Part shown: in pieces, positions 24,039-34,830 of the stretch
Numbering within the stretch: the first letter of the stretch is position 1
Layout of the letters: the number at the start of each line of letters is the position of its first letter
Source: Podarcis muralis
Taxonomy: Eukaryota
Length of the DNA: 64,000 bases
Direction: 5' to 3'
Assembly: GCF_964188315.1 (NCBI RefSeq)
Contig: NC_135655.1
Span: 106,330,001-106,394,000 of the forward strand
Program-made: the position numbers and the translations under genes
Notes under the pieces: generated by a model
What the model was told of the DNA's origin: nothing
The model's database searches: none
The model's input: only the letters and a program-made list of their open reading frames with translations

Positions 24039-24699
24039 CACCACCACAATCCACTGGGTTTCCCTAACACAAACTGCTTTTTTTTATCATGCATCTGGAC
24101 TAAGGGGCCAATGAATGGTTGCTGATTGTGATTACTCAGTAGTGAAGGGTCAAGGGGAACAATGTCTAGGTCACCTTGGGATGTCCTGGCAAAGCCCTGC
24201 TTCTGGAGAAGGAAGCTATGAGGAAGAGAGGAGGAGTGGGCAGTTGTATGAAAAGAGAAAATGGGAGTGTAAAAAGCTAAATAATGAAGAGGGAGAGAAA
24301 TAAGAAAGAAAAAGTATTCCATAGGAAAAAAGGAATGGGGGGTGAAGGGTTTGAATAGTTTTAAGAGGAGCAGGTTGAAAATAAATACTTATATCACCTG
24401 GTATTCTTCAGTTCCTAGACGGCATCATTTTAAGAAGATTGCAGTGCTATACTGTGTTAAGCGTGCTCAAGTCTCAAAATTGCTGCCTTGTCTATCTAAG
24501 AAGGAAACTGCACTGTACTTCAAATGTTTGTGTGCACTTATTTTCCTATATAGAGATTATCTGCGTGTACCGAAAACAATCCCAACCCGATTTTGTGGAA
24601 GTTGCATTATTTGATTCCCTATTGTATGCTATGTGTGAAACGCCATGTATTAATCCATTATGTTTGGGGTTTTTTCATATGTGCATGACCACCTACCAG

Positions 24700-24800
24700 A
24701 AGACAGCGAAACCAGAAGAAATGGTACGTTACTGAACTTGAACGCTGATCAGCTGTATGAAAAGCTGCAGTTGGCAATGCAAAGAGAGAAGCTTTTAAAG
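24700..24800 (+). CDS. TANK: TANK coding exon 3 (EDSETRRNGTLLNLNADQLYEKLQLAMQREKLLK)
   Basis: ctaccAG|aa ... aag|GTAGGA; 101 nt, phase 1 to 0; EDSETR and REKL match human; only AG downstream of the in-frame TAA at 24651. Confidence 0.88.
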
Positions 24801-25103
24801 GTAGGATGCTTTTCACAAGATAATTCTAAAATAATAATAATAATGGCATGATAAGCATCACATTTGAACTAGACAAACTGTGATGAATCATAATTATGGT
24901 TTGTTAGAAACAAGCCAACTTCAAACCATGAGCTTTCTTCGACAGATCGCACAGCTTAGGGTACGGATGGCACACAAACTATGGTTAATTAAAAAGGAAG
25001 TGAAAACTTCCAATCTCCTTGCAGTCATGTCCAATAAGTCTCCAATCTCCAATAAGTCATGGAGGACTTATTCTGACATCCATATTTGTGCCTGTTATTG
25101 TTC

Positions 25104-25353
25104 GAGAGCCAGCGTGGTGTAGTGGTTAAGAGCAGTGGACTCGTAATCTGGTGAACCAGGTTCGATTCCCTGCTCCTCCACATGCAGCTGCTGGGTGACC
25201 TTGGGCTGGTTACACTTCTCTGAAGTCTCTCAGCTCCACTCACCTCACAGAGTGTTTGTTGCGGGGGAGGAAGGGAAAGGAGATTGTTAGCCGCTTTGAG
25301 ACTCCTTAGGATAGTGATAAAGCGGGATATCAAATCTAAAACTCTTCTTCTTC
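25104..25353 (+). mobile_element. full-length tRNA-head SINE (Squam3-like)
   Basis: A box tggtgtagtgg, B box ggttcgattcc, (CTT)n tail, ~250 bp. Confidence 0.88.
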
Positions 25354-26332
25354 CTTTATCATCAATTAAGCCTGGTAAATTTCTGCGCTTACGGTGAAGT
25401 TTCCCAAGTTATGCCAACTTGGAAGAGTTGATGATCTGGTTCTGTGACTCTTTCCAGTGTTCTTTTTACGTGTCTGAATGGCATTGAAGTCTCCAGCTTG
25501 TTTAGCAGATGAGAAATCTTGTTGCTACAGATAATGCAGAATTGGCAACGGAGGGAGCTGGAACGAGGTTTTCTTCTGCAGAAGAGGCTTCCAGTTCTCT
25601 CTGCCTTCTCTGGGCACTTGAAAATTTCTTTGGAATTTGAGGTGGTGCACGGTTTTCAGCTGAGCTTGTCATTTTGAGCTGGCCAAGGGGTGGTGTGCGT
25701 GCATTGTTCTTTCCCATAAACATTTCTCCAGTGTGCTGCAGTCTCCCTGGCTGCCTGCACTTCCACATTTGACAAAGTCCCACGGGAGCATTTATTGGAC
25801 TTTAATTGACACGTGGGAAGCTGGGGAGACTTCAGAATGCAGGCCGTTAGTGAGATGATGTAGAATGAAAGAGAAGATACTCACAAACGCCCCTCTGTAA
25901 CCCCAAAGATAAGGTAAGCCCCCCACCCATGAAATTTTCACCAACATTTTTATCTCCTTTGATCATTTTCAAATGCAACTTTTCTTCTTATTAATTGATG
26001 AAGAGTGAAAAATCAGGAGAGACGCTCAGCACAGCACTCATACAGATATGGATAGCGTGTCGTTTTAGAAGTGTATTTTTCTTACCCTTGTTTTGCTGAA
26101 GACACTCGTCATTTGACTCACTCTAGTTATCTATTTGCCCTCCTAAAAACCTTTGAATAGCCAGCAATATGAGTTGAGAACAAAGTAGTTACATGAGTAA
26201 CAGCGGGGAGCAACATAGTTCTTTAATAGTTGCCTACATAGTTGCACTATTTCAAATGGCAAGCTGTCAAGTGGTTTTGGATGTGCATAGAATGCTCTGT
26301 GAAAATGCAAAGTCTATTCATGAATGCATATA

Positions 26333-26585
26333 CAGTGGTACCTCGGTTTATGAACTAAATCTGTTCCTGAAGTCCATTCTTAAACCAAATCCGTTCTTAA
26401 ACCGAGGCGCGCTTTCCCTAATGAGGCCTCCCGCCACTAGTGCCCTTCCGCCGTTTGGCTTCCATTCGTAGACCGAGGTAAAGTTTGCAAACTGAAACAC
26501 TACTTCCGGTTTTGCAGAGTTTGTAAACAGAATCCAGTTTTGCAGAGTTTGTAAACAGGACTGTTCATAAACCAAGGTACCAGTG
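26333..26585. mobile_element. Tc1/mariner MITE, family C
   Basis: TA|cagtggtacctcggtttatgaac ... gttcataaaccaaggtaccagtg; internal duplication of cagttttgcagagtttgtaaacag-like unit. Confidence 0.82.
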
Positions 26586-27423
26586 ATATTTACAGTTCCT
26601 CACACTCACTCTCTGTGGCAGTGTGTCCTGTAGCCAGCATTTTGTCTTTTTTCGTTCTCACTGGGTACTCATTTTTTGCTTTTCAGTGCTACCTGCTAAA
26701 TTTTATTGACTTGACTTACTATAGCTAGTTCATCTCCCCCCCCACCCTTTCCCCCTACACACACAATTTTCTTATGACACCAGATCAGGAAGTCAAGTTC
26801 TTCTTTCCAACGTGTTTGGTTTTTTTTTAATTAAGACCTGTTGTGCTAAGATTGGGTTGCAAGGCATAATGTTTGAACACTCCGGTGCCAAAATCTTCCT
26901 TTCACTTCTGATTCTGTTTTTGTTTGCTTATCTTTGAGACAGTTCTTCAGTCTTTCACACAGTTACAAATCAGCGATACTATAAATATGTTGGAAGGGTC
27001 ACGTGTTCATCCCCAGGTCACACACATGGTGTAACATCTGTACAGGTATAAATATGAATATCTATGCACCCAATTTAGAAAAGGTAGAAAGGATGGAAGA
27101 CAAGGATGGAAGATATGTGCATGCACCTTACTCTGTATGCATCAAGAGGACTACACATGGGCCCACACAATCCAATATTTGGAAAATGGTGCTTAGTTGC
27201 TAGATCCATGTCTGAATCCAGTCTTGATGTCTATTTTCAATTTCACAAAAGCTTTCAAAGGCTAATAGTAGGAGACAAGGATTAAGTTCTACCTTTGATA
27301 GCAGACTTTACATTTTCTCTTTCCTTTTTTTGGTTTTGGTTTTGTTTCGATTTTGGGGTTTTTTATATGTATAATGAAAACAATTCAATGAAGTTTAATA
27401 GGGGATGAGAAAGGCTAACATGG

Positions 27424-27878
27424 TGTCAGGGAACTGCCATCAGTGCCGGAGGGAGAGAGCAAAAGCCAGAGGGATTCCAGAGAGCGTCCAGGGATCGGGA
27501 GAAGCAGCCCGTCTTCTGGGGAAGAGAATCAACGTAGCACCAGTGGAGAAGGGGGGCAGATGGGGGAAGCGGCGAGGCGGTCCCATGACTCCTTGCCTGG
27601 GACCAGCGGGGAGAGTAGGGGTCCTCCGTTGCCTACGCCCTCCTTGCGCAGAAGGCTTTCGCGCAGAGAGAGTAGGAGGAGACTAGGCGTCAAAGAGCTT
27701 CTTTGCTGGAAGAAGTTTAAGAAACGCCCACTGACGGATTCTGCCAGCGATTGAGTCAGCCACGGGTGAGTGGCTGTCCGGACAGAAAAGGTTCACTTTG
27801 GCAACCCAGCCAGGTGTTTGCACCCAGCCGGGGAGATAGGCACCTGCTTACGCACGAGCAACCCCTAGAACCATTACA
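27424..27878. mobile_element. solo LTR
   Basis: TG...CA termini (tgtcaggg ... ccattaca), perfect 5-bp target duplication CATGG on both sides, 455 bp, no internal coding region. Confidence 0.85.
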
Positions 27879-28031
27879 CATGGTCACAGTTTTCTTGCTA
27901 AATATGATTGATAAAACTGGAGTTACAATGACTTGAATCCAGAAGGAGTTGCTGCTCACCTCCATCACGTGGTAGCCCATAAAACCCTGAACTGAGATAG
28001 GAAGAGTTGCCGCATAAGGCATGCCTTAGAG

Positions 28032-28259
28032 CAGGCACATCTACCTATCTGGAGACTGCGATCTACTCTCGGTATAATAAAACTGGCAGTGATCTACCCA
28101 TTGTCATTGCCCAGCTTTTTTTAGGTGGAGAGAACAGAGTTGTTAAGCTTTGGGGGGGGGGGGACTGGTGATTGCTAAGGATCCCGAGATCAACCAGGAT
28201 TGACCAGGAACACCCCACAATCGACCAGTAGGTTGCAATTGACCGGTTGGACATACCTG
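28032..28259. mobile_element. non-autonomous hAT element
   Basis: cagg ... ggttggacatacctg with perfect 8-bp target duplication CCTTAGAG. Confidence 0.85.
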
Positions 28260-28360
28260 CCTTAGAGCAATCCGTTTAAGTCTGCCTGGTCAGACTACAA
28301 TTTGCCACGATGGCCAAAGGCTCTTTGGAGATGAAAGTGTGATCTTGTAACATCTCAATA

Positions 28361-28564
28361 CAGTCATACCTTGGTTGTTAAACAGATGCAAACCAAGGCG
28401 CAGCTTATGATTAGCTGATTTGTCCCGGAAACAATGACAACAGGCGAAACGGATGTTCGGCTTCCAAAAAACGTTTGTAAACTGGAACACTTACTTCCGG
28501 GTTTGCGGCATTTGGGAGCCAAAATGTCCGAGTGCCAAGGCGTTCAACAACCAAGGTCCGACTG
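28361..28564. mobile_element. Tigger-like MITE, family D
   Basis: TA|cagtcataccttggttgttaaac ... gttcaacaaccaaggtccgactg|TG. Confidence 0.75.
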
Positions 28565-29073
28565 TGCTCACATTAATGGAACACGGGTGGTGCTTTGATA
28601 CCACATTTCTAGACCTCCAGCTGAAAATTGCTTGGATGATCAAACCTCTGGGAGGCAGTGGGCAGCCACAGGTGACTGTAGAGAAAAGCCCCTTTCATCT
28701 CTTGCATCAAACCAAGTCTGTCCCGAGTAACCTTACTGAGTTTCTTTCCGTCTGACACTGAGTCATTGAAGGTAATTGCCTTAGGATTACTTCACACATT
28801 GCGTTTTTAAAGAGCGCACCTAAAATATAAATTGTGAATGCAGCCAACAGGTGTTTAGAAACAGCTACACTTGTCAGAGAGATGGCACCGAGAGAGAGAG
28901 ATGAGATTGCCGAGGCTTCCTGTTGAGAGTACGCTTTTGTTTTGTTTTGTCGCTGTTAGAATTGGCTGAGCACCAGACCCGTTCTGACTGCCAGGGCTGC
29001 GTATGGAGCAACAGGCCTGAGAAGCAATGGCCTGGGGCAGTGGGGCTCTGGGTGCAAGGGCAGGGCTTAGCTA

Positions 29074-29503
29074 CCGTATTTTCCCTTGTATAACACGCCC
29101 CCGTGTATAAGACTCCCCCTATTTTTGGAGACTCAGAATTAAGAAAATGAGGAGAGATTGCCCAGAGTTGTTGAGCTTTGGGGGGGGGGGGGAGGATTGC
29201 CCAGAGTTCTTGACCCGCCTGACCAACACTTCTGATAGCATGCGACCCAGAAGACACCAATCGTCTGACCGCTCGCCATCAGCCACCGCTCGCCATCAGC
29301 CACCCACACAATTGCCTCAGCAGCAGCCATTGCCGCAGCCACCAATCACCTGCACTATCACCGCTTTCAATCTCCTGGTCGCGTTAGCAAACAATCCCTT
29401 GTCCCCACCCCCCTCCTCTGCACTACCCATGTATACGATGACCCCAATTTTTTCACATTATTTTAACATGAAAAAACCTCGTCTTATACGCAGAAAAGTA
29501 CAG
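29074..29503. mobile_element. Tc2/pogo-like non-autonomous element
   Basis: TA|ccgtattttccc ... gaaaagtacag|TA; ends match 7995-8160 in the opposite orientation, with a longer interior. Confidence 0.75.
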
Positions 29504-31257
29504 TATTTCTCAGCAAGGTCCTTTTCTCCTGGAGTGGGGTGTGGGATGCGCCAAGCTCGGCTGGCTCCGTGGAGTCGCTTTTCCTGCCTCAGGTGCCACC
29601 CTAACACTGGGTAGGCACGCTGGCGGCCTTCATTCCTGTGAAGTGTTTGAATTGGCCCCTCAGCCCAGTAGAAGTCACAAAAGGAAAAGGAGTTTGTGAG
29701 GCAGAGGGGGGTGCTGTAAGAACATTTGCTAGCCCTCTTTTTCTCTTCCTTTATGTTTGGTCCTGCCTTACACTTAAAGAGCAAATCTCTCATGAGGCTT
29801 CTGTTATTTTTGCCATTGGCATGGAGTCCAGCAATAACAAAAGGATGGTATTTAGCGTGGTGTGACTGAGAGGCAAAACTCCTGCAAGGAATCTTTCCCT
29901 CAGCTCTCAGTGGAGGGACTTGCCAGCATTGTGGGATGAGCTGTCAGCGGTGTTGGCCAAATAACACACTCTGGATCAAGGGCCATTGCGGTCAGATGAA
30001 CCTTTTTATTTTAACCAAATATAAGTGTCTGGTGAAGGGCGTTGCTTACTTTGATAATATTGTTTTATTTTTCAGAGTTTGAGCAGTAGCAAATTTATTT
30101 CAGATATTTTAGTTGTCGTTGTATAAACAGACAAAACCCTAAGGGAGCGCAAGGCCTCTCAAGTTTCCTTTGCAGCATCAGCTCCCTGATTTTGTGTCAT
30201 TTTTAAAAATCTAGGGCGCTCTTTATTTCCTTGTTTCTGACTATGCCTTGCATGTGCCTTTCTTTCCCACTTACCCTGCAAAAAATAAAATAAAATTGAG
30301 TTTACACACACATGCTGAGTGAATTATGGTTCTGTTTCCCTTTTGTAAAAAACAAAACAAAAAATGTCATACACCCTTGAGAGCTGGAAAATTCAGCCTT
30401 TTTAAAAAAGACAATTTTGCTGCTGCTATAACTTCATGGTTTTTCTCTTCCCAACTCCTTGCTGAGTCTCTCCCCCCCCCCCCCCCCGCTTTTTGTATAG
30501 AATGTCATCCTATATAGAAAATTAATGGTTTAACATTGCAGGAGCCGACTTTTTAAAAGCCTTAATTTCTCCCCTTTTGAAGTTTTATAGCTCGAGTCTT
30601 GCAAAAATCCTAAGTCATTAAGTGCTAAATAGCTACATTCCAACTGTTCCAGAAATTACAACCCTTGAAGACTATTGTCACCTTCTTTAAATGTACTTTA
30701 TCTTGATTCCAGCACATCCTAAAACTAATTAAATATTAGTGAGCAGAGTGTATAAATGGAATGAGACAACATTTCCCACATTTATAGGCACTAATATGCA
30801 CGCCGCTACGGTGACTATTTTCAGTATTCAAAATAACGCACAATTGTTTTGAATAATTGTCCACAATGAGATGTAACTTCATGCTGCCATAAATGGTTAT
30901 TAATTATTTCAGCCTAACCTGATGGGGTAGTGCGTACAGGGCTGAATTCATTTTAAGGATATATAAAGAAAGGACCAGCTTGATCAGACTGAGGACCATT
31001 CTAGTCCAGCATCTCAATTGCTACGGTAGCCAACCAGGTGTCTATAGGAAGCCCCCAAACGCATTCACCCCTCTCCCATTGTGGCTCCACAGGAACTAGT
31101 ATTCAGAGGCATGCTAAACCCCAAAGAAAGCTTTATCATACACAAATTCGTCTAATCCTGCTTTAAAGGCATCTTAAATAGGTGGCCATCATGATAGCAA
31201 ATTGCATAGCTCAATTGTGTGTTTCACACAAAGTGACAAAGGCATCTGCAACAAAAC

Positions 31258-31386
31258 ATCTGAAGAAGTGTGCATGCACACGAAAGCTCATACCAAGAAC
31301 TAACTTAGTTGGTCTTTAAGGTGCTACTGGAAGGAATTTTTTTTGTTTTGACTATGGCAGACCAACACGGCTACCTATCTGTAACT
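31258..31386. mobile_element. Penelope-like element terminal fragment
   Basis: ctgaagaagtgtgcatgcacacgaaagctcatacc ... ttagttggtctttaaggtgctactgg, a motif typical of reptile Penelope ends; recognition only. Confidence 0.65.
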
Positions 31387-32004
31387 GCAACAAAACAGTT
31401 ATTTAAACAAAAGGATTCTATAGGGAAGCACATTTTGTCTGTCCTAAATCTCCCAGTGTTCACCTCTGTTGGATGGCCTCCTCGTTCTTGTATTATGAAA
31501 GAGACAGAAAGACTTCTCTTTGTCTTACTTTCTCCATAGTATTTATTTTTTAGCAAACTATTAGACTTCTTCGATTCAGAAATCCCGTCCCCCTGCTCCA
31601 GTGAATATTTAAGATTTTTTGCTTTTGGAGGGTATCTATCGGGAAAGAGCATTTTCCTCCACCACACGAGATGGAAATTTGCTAAAATGCCAAGGGGATC
31701 CGAGTGTGTAGGATCAGGCTGTATTTTGAGTACGACAACTAATTATATGTCTGAGGTGGGTGCTGTTTTCACCCATGTGTAACATCTACAGTGAAGTAAG
31801 GTAAGCTAAAACTGGCCTGAATTCGAAATAGCTACAAGACCACACTGGTTGGAAATTTCCCGTAGAAACGATATGCTTTTGTAAACCACTTTGAGGTTCT
31901 TTACAAGCAAGCAGCATGTAAGTCAAACTAAATAAATAAATTTATACACCTCACTTGCCTTTCTCCCCCCTGACCCCCATACTTTGAATTCCCAAATATT
32001 GTAA

Positions 32005-32240
32005 CCTTTCCTCATAGGGGAGCTGCTTTAGTCACCTGATCATTTTGCTTGCCCCTTTCTGAACTTTCCCCGGATCTGCAATATCCTTTTGGAAGTGCAC
32101 CAGCCAGAACTGTAGGCCAGATTCCAAGTAATGTACTGGGTGGGGCCATACATCTGCACAAAGGTCTTAGCGATTTTGGCAGCTTTTGTTTTCGATCCTT
32201 TCCCTAATGATCCCTGACGTGGAATTTGCCCTTTTCACAG
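32005..32240 (-). mobile_element. old CR1 RT-region fragment
   Basis: Degenerate cttgcccttttctgaactttcc ... ccagaactgt ... tccaagt pattern of antisense CR1 ORF2. Confidence 0.5.
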
Positions 32241-32344
32241 ATTGCCAAGACTTAATTTCGCCTGCAGTAGTCTATTCTGCCACGGCGTTCCTCAAAGACT
32301 GAGAAATTAGCCAACTGTGCTGTATGTGCTTCTTTCTGTTTCAG

Positions 32345-32524
32345 GAACAATTGGACGGTGAGAGTGTAAAGTTAAAAGAAACCGAAGAGGAAAGCAATTT
32401 GAAAGAAAAGAAATTTGAATCTATTCTCGCCATCAAAGAAGATGAAATACGGCTTCTGAAGAAGCAGCTGAAAGAAATAAGCGAGGCACAAAATTCCATG
32501 CCAGGACCAAGAAACGAGAAAGAG
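32345..32524 (+). CDS. TANK: TANK coding exon 4, 60-aa coiled coil (EQLDGESVKLKETEEESNLKEKKFESILAIKEDEIRLLKKQLKEISEAQNSMPGPRNEKE)
   Basis: tttctgttttcAG|gaa ... gag|GTAAGA; 180 nt, phase 0-0, open frame, charged heptad composition; no counterpart in the human protein as I recall it. Confidence 0.8.
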
Positions 32525-33581
32525 GTAAGATTATCAAGGGGAGGGAGACCCAAATCTCTGCCTATAAATAACACTGTATGCATATGGAAATTGTTCATGC
32601 AGATGATCCTTGTAGAATGAGGATTAGGCCATGTATTTGCGCTCTTTGGCGCATGTGTATTATGCACACGCTCTATTCCCTCCCCCTTTTTGCATATAAT
32701 TTGGAAGCAGTCGTTTCTCAAATGCTTTTCTACCTGTTGCGGAGTATGGCCTTCGAAAGCCAGGGCACATTCAGCCTTGCCTTTTGTGTTGGTGCTTCAG
32801 AGACAAATACGTTAGCTTCATTTTGCCAGACAACCTTTCAAAGTTTCTGAAAGCCACATAAAAGACGGATTATCGTAACGACTTCAGTTTCAGGCTTTTG
32901 AATAAAACGCCCATGTAATACTGTGCTAACCCACAAGGTGGTAGTCAAATATAATAACTTCTCTTCATGCATGATAAAACACAGGGTCTCAGCCCTGGCC
33001 CAGCTTATTGAAGGTATGTAGTAGAGTCTCTGCTGATAGTTTTCTGGCTATATATATATATATATATATATGGCTATGATTTGATGCGTAGAATATGTGG
33101 CTCTCTGTCCCAGTTTTATCATTTGTTTGAAGAGGATTGGATCAAATACCAGAAAACATTGAAGCAAAAATATTCCATAAAAAGGAGGGGTGAATAATGA
33201 CAAAATCTTCTAATGAAAAGGAAATGAAGCTCAGAGAATTAACTGTTGGAGCTGCAGATTAACTATGTCCTCTGTGTACGCTCTGTCTCAGTGTATATAG
33301 CATCTCCCACTCATCTCAACATCCACCCAAATACTTTGGGAATCTTCTGGTGCCTTCATGTAAATGAGGATGTGGACATGTTCAATTTCCATCTAAGACA
33401 TTTTCCAAGCCATTATTTAGAACGATTGCATTTTACTTTTTTATATTAAAAGGGGAGGGGAAGGCTAGTGCCATTGTTAAGCTGCTACTGTACGCGCCTG
33501 TTTAATGTGTTGATTGATTTTGTTAGGCTGTTATAAATGCAAGCTTCTTCCTTTGTTTATACTTACGATCTTTTTTAAAAG

Positions 33582-33655
33582 GCAAGGAATGGAAAACATG
33601 CTTCATCTAGGCAGGAATTATCTCCGGGGGCCTTCGGTACAGCTGCCTGTGAAAG
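33582..33655 (+). CDS. TANK: TANK coding exon 5 (ARNGKHASSRQELSPGAFGTAACE)
   Basis: ttttttaaaAG|gca ... gaaag|GTACAT; 74 nt, phase 0 to 2; similar to human VRRQEVSSPRKETSARSLGSPLLHE. Confidence 0.85.
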
Positions 33656-34711
33656 GTACATCACACTTATTCCCCCCCACCCTTATTTATTTAAGGAACC
33701 TGTTTTCTTTTTAGTAGTCATCTCATGTTTACCCTCGTTCTCTGATTTTTAAAAAGTCAGGAGCGCTCCTGTTCTCCCTTGCCACTGCTAAATATTGAAA
33801 AAAGGTATCTAGAGCCACTTTTGAGCATCGGCAGGTTTGATCAAAGGAGTTGCTGCACCCTGTGCCTCAGCACGGCCCTCATCCCTTTCTCTGTCCCCTG
33901 AATGTGAAGTCAGGATGGAAGATCAAGGGGCTGGCTCCCTGTGCCCTCGCTTGCCCCCTTTAGTGTTCATGAACCTGTTTTCACCTGGGCATTCTAGCCC
34001 TGAAACAAGGAGGAACTCGGGAGCTGAGCTGGAGCTCCCCACAATGCAGAGCTTCTATCACTATGGAGGGGGAATGGGCAAAGTCTGCCACTACCTGCCC
34101 TACTAGGGCCTCTTGTGCTATGTACCACAGCAGCCCTGCTCAGGGTTTGCCTGTCTCCATCCATGGCAGAGACTGCTTTGTGAAAGGTGCACACAGCCGT
34201 TCTTGGAGCACTCTGTGTTGTTGTTGTTGTTTTAATCAGAGCAACGGTGCTTGCGATTTTAGCACACATCTATCTGCACCGTTTCCCTAGTATAAACTGG
34301 CTCCCAGTCCCTGGTATTAAGGCCTATTGGAAAAAGAGAGAGAGAAAAAAAAGATGAGTGCAGTACCTATGCCATGCCTATATGTTTGTTTTCCCCAGAG
34401 GGGGTCATAGCAGCCATTTAGATCGAGGAGACTGTGCAGGGGGAAATGGTTAAATGCAGTCAAAATGGGAGACGACAACACACACGCCGGCTGCTTTACA
34501 GATTATTGTTTTTCTATAAAAAACAACAACGCTGCAATATCAGGTCGCAGATCTCGTACATCACGTCTCTTTCCATTCCCTGAGTCTGGCTTTCAGGTAT
34601 AGCGGGTGCCAAAATTTCCCAGGGTTAGGCTTGCTAAAGACAAAAGAGTGGAACAGAACGTGGTGCTTTATATCTGAAATAATGTATTTTTATTTATTTT
34701 ATTTTTGGAAG

Positions 34712-34830
34712 GGACGAACTTGAGGCTGTTTTCTGGGGCATGAAGGAAGAATTTCATCACATACGCGCACTAGCTAAAGCACAGACGGACCAGCTGAGTA
34801 AATTTAAACTACGGAGAGAACCTGTAACTG
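34712..34830 (+). CDS. TANK: TANK coding exon 6, TBK1/IKKe-binding domain (RDELEAVFWGMKEEFHHIRALAKAQTDQLSKFKLRREPVT)
   Basis: ggaAG|g ... actg|GTATCG; 119 nt, phase 2 to 1; FWxxKEEFHxIxxLAKAQxDxLSK signature. Confidence 0.96.

Noticed and set aside
25531-25641. Open 111-nt phase 0-0 segment bounded by AG and GT (IMQNWQRRELERGFLLQKRL…)
   Set aside because: Poor polypyrimidine tract, weak donor GAG|GTGGTG and no similarity to TANK-family proteins; would need RNA evidence
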